Of a DNA stretch of 64,000 bases, positions 24,901 through 37,859 are shown piece by piece. The notes under the pieces were generated by a model. The model saw nothing but the letters and a program-made list of their open reading frames with translations, ran no database searches and was not told where the DNA came from. Both the position numbers and the translations under genes were made by a program. Origin of the DNA: Rhizophagus irregularis (taxonomy: Eukaryota). Position 1 is the stretch's first letter. Each line of letters begins with the position of its first letter. The DNA lies in contig NC_089435.1 in assembly GCF_026210795.1 (NCBI RefSeq), forward strand, positions 4,526,001-4,590,000. Reading direction: 5' to 3'.

Positions 24901-26751
24901 ATTTTTGTTACCGAAATTTTGGTTATTTCTGCCCAGTAAAATAAATAGCATAACATTAATTGGAACTTTTGGAACAGTACACACGGGGATAATCCGGAGA
25001 TCAAAGATTTGGTTAATCGAAATTTCGGCGACCAGTTCTTGGTTATAATTAATACACTGCATAACTAACTGCATATAATTATGAAACTAATTAAATTAAA
25101 TTTTTAATATTCTTGTGAAAAAAGTACAATACTTAAATCTTTGTTAAATAAAATTAATTTTCAATTTGCATTTATTTAAAGTTAGCACGTTTTATTAAGA
25201 AGAATATTATTCTTTCTTTTTTTTTTTCATGTTCATTGTTCTTCATGTATTAAAATAAGGAATGATAATATTTCGGATTTTATTCTGATTTTAGACCATC
25301 TCTTCAACTATTAGATGAAAGTTCTTAAAAGTAAGAATAAATGAGAATTTCGATTATTACAGTAATTCTAATCTAAGAATCTTTAATTTTCGATCTAATT
25401 ATTTAATTCGTTCGATTACTACAGAAATTGTTACCGTACTAAATGATAAAATCTAAAAGGGAATACGAATGGCATCAAAAATTTTTTAAAATTTTTTTTT
25501 GGTTTATTTTTTATAAATTGAACACCGCATATTTTTAGTAATTTGTTTATAATAATAAAAAATATATATAATAAATATTTTATTAAATTTAATATAAATA
25601 AATTATTTTATTTTATTTTACTTTATTTTATCTTTATTTTATGTTTGATAAAGAAATTTTCTCTAAAAAGAATATTAACAACGATTCTTAAAACTTTCTA
25701 TTAAAAAAGTTAAGTAATTATTCTCTTAATATGATTGAACGATAATAATATAATCATTATTTCATTATTTCATGTTTTGAACAAGTTCATACCATGTTAT
25801 TCTCGAATTTACATAAAAGGCAAAAAAATAAAAAATATGGTAACATTTTTTTTAATACCTGAAACGTAATTTATAACATTTAACCCAAGTAAATTAAGTG
25901 AATATTCGGGAAAAGGAAAGGGATGTTAATTAATTGAAACAAAAATCCTATCACACGTAAGAGTCAGAAATAGTTTAAAATATATATATATTGTATGTAA
26001 TATACATATATATATATCAGATATAATATTCCGCATATTGACAACAATGCATGATACAAAGGAGCCACTTCTTTTTAGCTAATATTGCATATCGTGTAAC
26101 CAAACTTGCCAAACATATTTAAGTAATAGTCCATTTTTTTCGATATTAAACACCGCATTAATGTTTATTACCCAAATTAAACAATTTTTTATGTAACATA
26201 CTAAATTTGGGTTATAGGTTCTTTTATATAGGCGTGGTTTCATAATATAATTACTGCGGCATTAATTGTTTTATTTCTTCAATACTCAATATCTTTTGCC
26301 AAGAATTTTAAACCCGAAGGGAATTTTTCATGTATTATTTTAAATTATATAGGAAAAAAAACAATTATCATATTTTTTATGATTTTTCTATTGTAATACC
26401 TATAAATAAAATAATGTATATTTCATCAAAAAAAAAAAACCCCTCCCCTTTCCCTTCTTTTGAAACAAATTTACCGATACACTATCCGAGTTTTTTTTTG
26501 TTACGTGTTACGAATTAACAATTAGACAATATTATCCGTTTCAGGCAAAGAAACCGAAAATTTACATATTGTTGTTTTTTTTTTATTTTTATTTATAGAC
26601 TTATTAAATTGAAGATCTGTACAATCCATATGTGGTAACCAAAAAAAAATTTTTTATATAAATATATCCTCTTTTTTCAACAAATTTTCGGTTTCCTCGT
26701 TAAAAATCTGTCGCAGAGCGCAGAATCATATAATTAAAATTAAAATTAAAA

Positions 26752-26790
<39 letters not shown>

Positions 26791-26872
26791 CTAATATTCT
26801 CTCTTTTTTTTTCTAACATCAAAATATTTCTCTCCCCCTCTCCTCCAATTTATTTTATTTTTTTTATTAAGA

Positions 26873-28393
26873 ATGCATATAAATAATAAATCCATTTTTT
26901 TATTCCCATTCTTATTATTGATTTTTAATCATATTCCTTCTATATCTTCACAATGTATAGAACCACCTTTATTCGGTAAAACACATAATAAGGCTTGTCC
27001 TTCTGTATCCGAATCACAAAAAAAACCTCTTAATAAGATCACAAATTCATTAGTTAATGATGATGATAATTCTAATAGTATGATAAAAATAATGTTTACT
27101 TGTGATGAAAAGAGTACTCCAGAAACATGTAAAAAAGCAGATATAGCATTTAAAAATGCAGCAACAATAGTTGAAAACACATTCGATCTAAAAGTTCCAA
27201 TAGCGGTCAATGCTAGTTTTGTAAAATTATGTGGTACTTTCATAAAATGTGCAGTTGGTCAACCTGAACCTCTTGGAGCTGCTGCTCCTTCTAGGCTTCT
27301 TCCTATAAAAGATAATACTGATGGTGAAACAAGATTGTTTCCACAAGCTTTAGTAAAACAATTACAATTATCAGAACATCCAGAATTTTCCCCTGTTGAT
27401 ATTGTAGCAGGTTTTAATTCTAATAGTAATGCTTTTTGGTTCAGAGGTGATCCTCCAATTGGTAAAGATCAAGTAGATTTTGAAATAATTTTGGTACATG
27501 AATTTTTACACGGTTTAGGTTTTATCACTTCTTGGGATGATTATTTTAATGCTAATGCAAGTAGTTTAACTCCAACTCCATCATTTATTTTCACTAATCC
27601 GGAAGAAACTGATGGAATAAAGGAAGGTCCTATCACATTTACCGGTTTTCAGGAATATATTTTGGATAGACATTTAGTATTAACAAAAGACAATTCTTCT
27701 CTTACACCTATTGCCAAAAAAATAAATGGTTTTGCCCCTCTTAATACCAAATTTGATGATCAAAAAGCTTTCCTTGATGCATTTACTAAATCTCCTGTAT
27801 ATAAAGAGACCGAAATAATGTTTAAAAATTCCATTACTAGAGGTTCAGTTGCAATTAGATTAGTTGATGGTGAAAATGTTTTAATTGAAACCGGTTTGGT
27901 ACCTTTTAAACCTGGTTCAACTTTTAGTCATGTTGATTTTGATGCTTTTGGTAATACTACCGATTTCTTGATGAGATTTAAAGCTCCTCGTCAAGTTATT
28001 CTTGATGATTTATCACCTATAAATGGTGATCCCGAATATACAAATCCAATTGGTCCAAAAATTATTAGTATATTTAAATCTCTTGGGTAATTATTATTTT
28101 TTTTATTATTATTTTATTTTATTTTATTTATTTTATTTTTAACGTGAAAACTAAATCAATTTTTTTTATTATTTTTTTTTAGATACCCTATGAAAGAAAA
28201 TTCTAGTACCTTTAAAATAATTTCCAATCAAAATCAAGATTCCTTGACCAAACCATCTCAAAATTCTAATAAAACAAAATTAACAACTGAACAACAACAA
28301 CAACAACAACAAACTAATAACGCATTTACCATAACAACAAACACATTATTATTATTTTTATCATCATTCCTTATTTCCAATTTATTACTTTAA
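26873..28393 (+). CDS. secreted zincin-like metalloprotease, probably GPI-anchored; 2 exons (26873..28086, 28183..28393)
   Basis: hydrophobic signal peptide; LGAAAP; ILVHEFLHGLGF (HEXXH); STFSHVD; DFLM. A GT..AG intron at 28087..28182 joins in frame (SLG-YPMKEN) to an S/T/Q-rich stalk and hydrophobic C-terminus. Confidence 0.85.
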
Positions 28394-31300
28394 TAATTGA
28401 AATTTAAAACAATAATTGAAAAAAAGTAATTTTATTTTTTTACAATAGAAATTACAAAGGACAATGCAAAGGACAATGCAATTAAACTTTCTTTTTCTTA
28501 CTTTCTTTTCTTTCTTTCTTTTTTTTATTCGGTGTTTAAAAAGGGGGGGAGAGTATATTTTATTTTAGATATAAAAAAAAAAACCTTTAAAAGTGTTATT
28601 ACACTAATTTTTTTAAGATTTTTATTATGTAATTTTATCTTCTTTTTCTTTGTATAATTTCTTTTTTATTAATAATAATTTTCTGAATAATAATTTTTAA
28701 ATAAATATTATATATATATATACACAACATATATATATATATAATATGTATACAATATATATATATATATATATTATATATATCCGATCGATTTTTAAAT
28801 AAAAGAAAAAAAATAAAAAAAAAATAAAAATAAATTTAAAAATAATAAAAAAAAAAAAGATAAATTTATTCAAAGCAAAAATATTCGTCGTTTTTTTTTT
28901 TTACCAATCGAAATATATATTTAAATTCGAAATATACTGTATAAATTTGGAAAAAATAATAATTATATATAAACAAATCGTCAAATGAATGATCGATTAA
29001 TTCGATTATCCATTTTATATTTATTTATTTATTTATTTTTTTTTTAAGGTTGGACCAATAAAGGAAAAAAAAAAAGGAATTATAAAGTTTATAAAGTTAT
29101 TAACATCAACCCCTTTATTTTCATTAAATTGGTGTAACACACTCAACTTTTGATAATTACGATATTTGGTTAATAAAATTATTTGTAAAAAAAAAAAATT
29201 CTATTATAAATAAAATATAAATATTAAAATATAATATATTGTATATATTTTTTGTTTAAAAAAAAAATTGTTCGATAAAAAGGGTACAAATAATAATTAT
29301 GAACCAATTACCTAAACATGATAATCTTTCGAAATTCTAAAAAATGATTTCCTTAGATCCTAATTTATCTATGACATAATTATTTATCAAACAATCCAGA
29401 AAGAATAATCAATCGGTCAATATTTCTGAATAATCGGCATGTATTTATATATTAGTTTAGAACTATTGTCATGTGGAACATAATAAAATGCGTAACACGT
29501 ATAACCAATGTACGCACGCACGCATCGCACGCATCACACGCTTCTCACGCTTCTAGGTGAAAAAGGTGAAAACCTATATAAAAAATTTCTTATCAACTAC
29601 CGAAAAAAAGATAAAGAACGGATTTTGTAAAATTATGGAGGATATTTTCATTTCCGTGGGCTGACCGGCTGAAATAATAAGTAAGTTCGCTCACTTCGCT
29701 GACTTTATTGTCGGTTCAGATCAGCCAGATCGGCCGGTCATTCGGTTCAAGCGGCAGAATTTGGTCATCAAGCGTTAGGGCGTTAACGTGATAAATTTCA
29801 CGTTCACATGATCTACTACATTGAATGATATGATTGGTTAAAATCACGTGAAATTTTCAATGCCCGGGAACAGGGTTGTGATTATAGTGTCCCAACTCCC
29901 AAGGATTTTTAATGCCCCAGACTCCAAGATAATTGTCTCAATTACGTACATTAAGTTGAAATCTTTTAATTTATAATATTCCTATCAATGTAAATTATTT
30001 AACTTGTCTCACTGTAATAAGCCATATTTTATTAATAAATATGACCCAGACATTAAAAGTTCTTGACCAAGGACTTGGACTGTCCCAGGCTGTCCCATTC
30101 AAGGACATGCTTTTAAGAAGTTACGTAATTATGTTATGAGGGTACAACGTTCTTTATGCAAATATGACACGCGATCTGTTACAGATCTATCAGTGATATG
30201 TTAAAATGTATTACCCAGATTATGATTTATGTGCAATGATTATTTTGGCCGGTTGACGGTTGACAATTTTTACTACTAAATTACTAAATTGAACACCATC
30301 ATTATTTCCTCTATACCCTATAGTAATTAATAACACATTTAATGTGCGATTGTAATTTTTTCCCATAAAAATACAGTATTTGCTAATTTGCCAATGGAAG
30401 TTTTAGTTGTAAATAATGTCCTTGATGATTTTAACTATCATATTCTCGTCATGCATGTGTGCAGTAATATATAGATAGATTCAATATATTTTTATGATTC
30501 AATCGAATTCTTTAGGTACTTTGATTTAATTACTATCATCAGTTTATAATCCAGTAATTTTTATTTTGATCGTATATCTCAACAATCTCATATTAACATA
30601 ATAATAAAATTATTAGATAGTAGCGAGGATTTATTCATGAACGGCCCAATCAAATTGATAATATTATTAGTGAATGAATTTCAACTAATAGTCTAATGTG
30701 GATTAGATCAATTATTTGGTTTTAATCATCCGATAACTATTTATTAAAATATATAAGATTATGAAAAGAAGATCATTAATGTTTGATAAAAAATAATACT
30801 CAAAATGTTCATTATTGATATATAACTTCAACGTAGTTAAGTTAAATATTTATCATTATTAGATTTTTTGTTGGAAATACAATTTCTTAAAAAATATTTT
30901 ATATATTAAAATACAAAGTTCTTACATGCTTATATGTGTCTAAAAGTAGGATATTTATGAGAAAGAATCTAAAAAAAATTTTTTTTTTTTTCTATAAAAT
31001 AAAGATTGTATTTCACGAAAAAAATTGTCAATATACTATTTACAATATGTTATCCTATATATTTTCTATTCTGTTTTTGGAGAATCTTGTAATACATCTA
31101 TTAACGATGATCGCTACGACCTATTATAGACATGTGCTTTATTATCATATACAGCTTTATACGTTCATATACATTCATACACAAAATTTACATTTACTTT
31201 TTACGTATTTAGCAAGTCAATTATAAAGATGAACACGAAAAGAGATATGATTTTTTTCAAAAAAAAAAGCTAGTAGTTCAAAATAAAAAAGAAAAAAAAA

Positions 31301-34300
31301 GAAAACCAAAATATAAAGGAAAACTCCCATAATTGAAAAGCTCTATTTGTCTATAAAAAAAAATCTATATCCCAGTTCATATCTTCAACCGCCATATATA
31401 TATATATATACTTCAGAATTATCCTGATTAATAGCCATAATTGCATAGGAAGTGTACCAACGTTAAGACGCTTATTTTAAAGAAAAAATGAATTGATACA
31501 TGCCCTACAAAAATTTACAAAGTTTTTTAGTCACTATCACCTTATACCATATGAGGTTTACCACCCTGTTAATTATGCCTAAGCAGGGAACCCCAGGACA
31601 CCCATGTGGCCATCATAGGATCTATGGTAAATGGACTCATATAGTATTCAATAACAACAACTAAGTAAGTGACATGACATAGGGATATGTGTCATTTCCA
31701 ACGGGACCACAGCCTGCCCTTCCATATGAATCAGCTTGGGGATCACCTATATGGCATCATTGTAGCTACGACTTTGTGCACAAAGCAGATGGCTACTAGC
31801 CTGTAGCATATGGTACGTACTACGAGCACATAAACCCCTATGTCAATCATAACAGTTCACCATCCGGAAGACTTTCAGTGAACCCTGCAGTGCACACCTA
31901 CACATACGTCCATCCGGCGAACTATTATAATTTATACTTACCACTCAATGATGTGTCCTAGCCTCAAATAACAGCTCTAATCTGTCCTTTAAATATCAAA
32001 TTTGGCGTCATCTTGATAGTCTTAAAAGTACTGTTTACATTGATTTTAATCCATCTGCCTAAAGAAAATTGAAAGAAACTAAATGTGAAGGCAATAATGC
32101 TTTGACAGGACAGAAAACGCGTAAAAAAGGACCACAAAATCGTCTATACTGAAAGGATGGTTTCTAATATGTTTTTTACCTACAAAAACAAGTTTCCAAG
32201 AGAAACTCGTTACCTATATGTTGTCTGTAGGCAGTCCCGCACAATAAACACAGTACATACCTATGACGGATACCATAATTTTGTATTTTTTTTTACGACG
32301 TTTTTTTTTGCTTGTTTGATGTATGTTGCTCTAACCTTGGACTAGACCTAGATAGGGACACCTAGATAGGGACTTTATTGTGTGAAAAAAAAGTTAAAGT
32401 GGGTTACCTTTCTCCCGAAGGATAGAGGAATAATGAGAGATGTGTGATTAAAAAAAGAAAAAGACTGTATAGGACCTCGAAAAAAAAGGGAAGAGAAAAA
32501 GATGAGAAAGGGAAGGGGAAAGAGCGAGGAAAATAAATATATTTTTTTTTGTTGTACAAGTTTTGATATCAGATGATATCAATGATTCTTGCGGACGTAA
32601 AATCATGATTAAGTACAGTAATACATAACAAAATTTTTTTGACAAATTTATACTGTAATTCATCTATCTATCTATTTATTTAACTTTTACCTATAATTAA
32701 ACTAATTATTTTTGATCATTTCGGAATTTTATTGAGTTGATAATCATATGCATCAGTATGTAGTCATGCAGTCGCGTCATGTAAAAAAAATAATTTAATA
32801 ATAAATCGTGTTGCTGCGCCACTACATCGGTTTCGTCACTTTAGTAACTTTATGTAAGGGAGTTAGTTGAAATTTATGAACAAGCAAATACACAACAATT
32901 TTTGAGAAATAATATCTCAATGATGTGAATAGATTGATTAGCGCAAATTTCATGAAATTTTTAAGGGACGAGATCCTATAAAGAAATTAACTTGTCACTA
33001 ATTTATCAATTCATTTGAGATTAATTCAGCATGTTGAAATGTAATGATTTTCTGAATTAATCTTTCTAGATATACGAGTTACTCTGTTCTCTATTAGAAT
33101 CTGTTTGACTTAAATTAATTCCTTAAGCAAATTTGTTTGTATGGTAATATTTTATCTAAAGATTCTTTAGAAATTAAATTGGTAAATATAATAAATGGAA
33201 TACTTTGTTGTAACGTATTCTTTAAAGTATTAGAAGTATTATCTGAATAAGAAAATTTCACATTTAAGCATATGTTCTCGAATTTCATTATTATGAGAGA
33301 ACAAAAGTTGAAATCTATGGAGTTGATCTTAAAATCAGTACAATATTTTTTTTCAGTTTCGAGAAAAAACTTTTTCGAAGTTCATATGATATTATATCAA
33401 AAAAAAATTTATTATCTAAATTCATCAAATTCATAAAATTTTAATATTTAAAATTATCGAATTCTTAAATATTAAATATAGTCTTGAATCTTAAACCTTC
33501 AAAAGATTTGCAACCATAGAAATATAGTTACGGGTTGGTGCTTATATGACGACAATATTCAAAGAGACGAAAATCAGGTAATCAAGAATGACTCTATTTC
33601 TGATTGGGACGCTCTTCCTTCACATATGAACAGTATAATAAGGCACTCTTTGACCTGAAGCATGAGGATAGCTGAAAGTTACCTTTCTCGCAATTAGATC
33701 AGACAGACAATCTCAAAAGAATAGTTGTAATTAAATAAGCATTTTCTAGAGCCTGACCAGATTTCAACCGGCATTATGATGACTTTGGTCAACATTATAT
33801 GCAAAAAAGTGTGTTTAATATCGGCAAATACAAAATTATGTTAAAGGTTCTTCTGCGTACATTTTATATACTTTGCATCTTTCTTTTTCAGTTTCATCAT
33901 CTTTCAAATTCATGCGAATCAGTAAATCTCAAGGTTATTTCCATGAAATTTATATATATCCTTATCCTTTGATAATATCTGTTGATGCCCATAGACCGAT
34001 AGACGAACGATGTTTTATTTTATATGATGCAAATCGTAATTCTTGCGTTTTGAAAGACGAATGTTTTCTTAGAAATGTATACATTAATGAACTTAAACGT
34101 ATACAAGAGATAAAATTTTAAATTGACTTACTTTATATGTTGTATTATATTCAAATTTGAATTGAGTACAACTAAATAGTTCATTCTAGTGATCGATCAA
34201 TTAATTACGTTATTAGCTAATAATCATTTCAACTAATTACGTTATTAGCCAAATAGTTCATTTTAGTAATATTAATAAACTAAAAATTTAGTCAGCATTA

Positions 34301-35051
34301 ATTAATTAATTGACGTATAGTAAAATTGTCATTTTAATCTAAGCGGAGTATTGAAATTTCTACGCTAAGAATGCGAGACGATCATGGATATCAAAAGTAG
34401 AAATTTGAGACTAAACCCATCAAAGTCGAAAATTTTACAAAGGGGGCATCAGGAAATTTTCTAAGCATTGTTCTCATAGACTATGAAGCTCTACGCACGA
34501 TTTTTACGATTTGAATTACAAATTTTTTTTTTAACATCATATCGAGAATCTGATGAGTTTAAAGATCACTATTGTAAGAACACTGGATGCAATACAAAAC
34601 ATCTAAATTTTTTATAACGTAATAATACTATCAATATCGTAAAGATATGAAATTACCACCATTCGATACGAAAGTTCGTACAAACTTACTTTTTCCAAAC
34701 CTTGTAACAGATTTGAAATTTTTAAGTTCCTGACTCCTCCTAAAAAATTCTCTAATCTTTTGATTAATCTGTTAAAATATTGTATATTGTATATGTTTGT
34801 GATTGAAACTTTATACATCATCAAACCTTAATTTTCAAATTAATCTGTTTAAATTGTTTAATAAAATGTTATAATATTTCCTTATCTTTATAGATAATGA
34901 ATGATATAATTCCAAATTTTATAACAAACATTAATTTTTTTTAATCTAAAGAAATTAAATTTGATATACAAATAACTATTAGTTGGGGAAAAACTAAATA
35001 AAATTAACTAATCTGGTAAATTAAATAAATCACAACTAATTACTCAATTAT

Positions 35052-35691
35052 TTATATAAATGCGATCACGAATATAGCTATAATACATAATGTTCCAACT
35101 GCCCAAATCGAACTTCTAGCACTTGCAACATCATACCAATATAAAGGCAAATAAATCTATAATCAATCATGATGAAAGAAAAGAAATCAAATTAATTTTT
35201 GAAAAAAAAGAAAAATGACGAATACTATATTTTTTAAAAAAAAAAATTTTTTTTTTACCAATCGAAGAATGATATAAATAATACAGATAATATCAACAAC
35301 AGTTCTTATTTTGTTATCATCTTTTCCTGATGCAGGTTGTAGAAAACGAGAGAATGCTTGTGTAAATACTGCTATTGAGAAAAAAGCCAGTCCTTCAAAT
35401 GTATTATTTGCCGCTGCAACTGCTCTTTTTCCCCAATCAGACTATATAATGTTTAAAAAGAGATTTTGATATTTAGTATTTGAAAAAGAAAAAAAAAAAC
35501 ATCTGATAAATCTGAAAGAAAAATTAAAAGATACAAACTAATTTGGTATACTGGTCTCTTGGATTTGAATTATCATACCCTTCTTCATGTAATGATTGAG
35601 CTCTTCGTATTGGTACTAACGAAAAAAACCATATTAAAAACATGGCAAAAACACATGAGAATTGAACAACAAATTCCGGAGGAAATGCCAT
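35052..35691 (-). CDS. MAPEG-family membrane protein, 146 aa; exons 35691..35539, 35441..35259, 35156..35052
   Basis: spliced manually with GT..AG introns: MAFPPEF...GYDNSNPRDQYTKL|SDWGKRAVAAANNTFEGLAFFSIAV...IYIILRL|IYLPLYWYDVASARSSIWAVG...; four hydrophobic segments. Confidence 0.85.
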
Positions 35692-36257
35692 ATTTTTTTT
35701 TATCTTATTTTAATTTGTTTTAATTAATATATTATCAGTCAAAAATCGATTGAATAAGAAAGAGTAAGAGAAAAAAAAAGTGTAGTATTTTTTTTTTTTA
35801 CCTTCTTTTTCTTAAATAGGTGAAACAATGAAACACTAATTTATTGCAAAATGAATATCGGATATTTCATTTCTTTATTTACATATTTATGACTAAACTT
35901 TCTAAATTAGTATAAATTAGTACTAGTCTAAAAAAAAATGAAACCAGGATCTTTATATTAGATTTTAGCGACACAAATAGAGTAATTGTGAAGTGAAAAT
36001 GGTACTCTCATCGAGTTATAATACTAGTACTTTTTTATTACGTTATTTTTTCCATAAGCAGTGATATATCAAGATCTTGTGAAAGATGATTGGCTGAAAT
36101 AAGGTCATCAGACTTGAAAACATGATCAAACTATAAAAAAAAAAACCTTGTGATACAATCAAAAGCATAAATATATAAGGGCGTCATAATAAGGGCGTAT
36201 TATAAACAATTTGTTTTTAAAACGCATTGGCTTTTGAACTTTGTTGTTTTTTAAACA

Positions 36258-37859
36258 ATGTCATTATATTTACCAACAGAATTATTGGACAAAATTTTTT
36301 CTTCGATTGATGGAAATGATATTAAAACATTACATTCTTGTATATTAGTGAATAGAGTTTGGTGTAATACGATGATTCCATATTTATGGAAAAGTCCTTT
36401 TCATCTAGCAATTATGCATCAAACGGAAAAACTTGTACCCGCATACTTTCCTTTTTTTTCCAAAGAAGCAAAACATATTTTACAACTTCATATACCTTCT
36501 ACTTCACCGATTTTCGATTATCCAATGTTTTTAAGAGAATTGGATTTTAATGAAGTTTATTTATTAATAAGAAAATGGTGTGACTTTAAAAATAATGCAA
36601 CAAATAAATTCATCGGATTTGAAGTTTTTAAACAACGAGGACGACAAACTCTACTTTTACTTCAAGAGCTAAGTAAATTATTTATGTTAAAGTGTAATAA
36701 ATTAGAAAATTTGTCTTTGGATACTAGGTCAATTAGATATGGACCTTATGGAAATTTGGCTGAATGTATGTTGTTAACACAGTACCCCGGAGCATCACAT
36801 TGTCTTGCTCCATTAAAGAAATTTGTTTCGAGAGGATCGTATGATAAAGATGCAATATTCAGATCAATGGTTCATTATTGTAAAAATATTGATGAAATGA
36901 TTATTGAGGATAATGATTCTACTGAAAGTGAATCACTTGTAAATTTAATTACATCTCAAAAAAGATTACAAAAATTTACGATTGGAAACTGGTGGGGATC
37001 TTTATCAAAGATATTAAAATCTTTGGGTAATCAATGGAATAGTTTGATTTATGTTGAAATTCATGGATGTCACTTCTATAATTATTTGGATGATTCTTCA
37101 ACCTTTGAAGGACTAATTTGTTGTAAAAATTTAGAGACTTTAAAGATTGAAGATTGTTATAATTTAACAAATGACATTATGAAACCATTAGGAAATACGA
37201 TATTCCCAAAATTACATACTCTTTATTTCTCTAATTATAGGGTAATTGATGATGATTTAGGAGATCATCCTTATCAAGGAATAATTCAAAACAATGATCA
37301 AAATATTCCAGATCATCCTTACTTAGCACTAATAACTATTATTAAGAATTCAAATGCAACATTAAGAAATGTGAGATTAAATATGGATTTGGTTAATTAT
37401 CCTAATATTATTTCAATTTGTGCGACATATTGTCCGAACATTACTTATTACAAAGCAAGAATTCAAAATCATTCGGAGATGAATCAATTATTACAACTCC
37501 TAAAATCTTGTACTCAATTAGAACAACTAGAGATAACAGCAGAAAAATGGGATAGTTCAGTCTCTATTGGATTGCCATGGGAAATTGATTTATTCTTTCC
37601 AGAAATTGGAAAATTATTACCAAAAACTTTAAAATATTTTGATATTGATGGATGGAGTTGTACACCATTGGGTTTAAGTAATTTTTTAAAGAATTGTAAT
37701 GTTGATATTAAGAGGATGAGTTGGATGTGTTATATTAGTAGCGCTGATTATTTGGACGTTATAGAGAAATATGCGAAATTAAAGGGTAGAAAAGTTAATG
37801 GACACAGAGAAAAAAAAGAATGGGGTCTTAATCTTACTTTGATTGTAGATTTTGACTGA
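36258..37859 (+). CDS. F-box + leucine-rich-repeat (RNI-like) protein
   Basis: N-terminal LPTELLDKIF...LHSCILVNRVWC...PYLWKSPF; LRR-like CKNLETLKIEDC, CPNITY, CTQLEQLEI; intact 533-aa ORF. Confidence 0.92.
   Translation: MSLYLPTELLDKIFSSIDGNDIKTLHSCILVNRVWCNTMIPYLWKSPFHLAIMHQTEKLVPAYFPFFSKEAKHILQLHIPSTSPIFDYPMFLRELDFNEVYLLIRKWCDFKNNATNKFIGFEVFKQRGRQTLLLLQELSKLFMLKCNKLENLSLDTRSIRYGPYGNLAECMLLTQYPGASHCLAPLKKFVSRGSYDKDAIFRSMVHYCKNIDEMIIEDNDSTESESLVNLITSQKRLQKFTIGNWWGSLSKILKSLGNQWNSLIYVEIHGCHFYNYLDDSSTFEGLICCKNLETLKIEDCYNLTNDIMKPLGNTIFPKLHTLYFSNYRVIDDDLGDHPYQGIIQNNDQNIPDHPYLALITIIKNSNATLRNVRLNMDLVNYPNIISICATYCPNITYYKARIQNHSEMNQLLQLLKSCTQLEQLEITAEKWDSSVSIGLPWEIDLFFPEIGKLLPKTLKYFDIDGWSCTPLGLSNFLKNCNVDIKRMSWMCYISSADYLDVIEKYAKLKGRKVNGHREKKEWGLNLTLIVDFD

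Noticed and set aside
24791..25074. overlapping short ORFs
   Set aside because: No motif and no convincing splice model.
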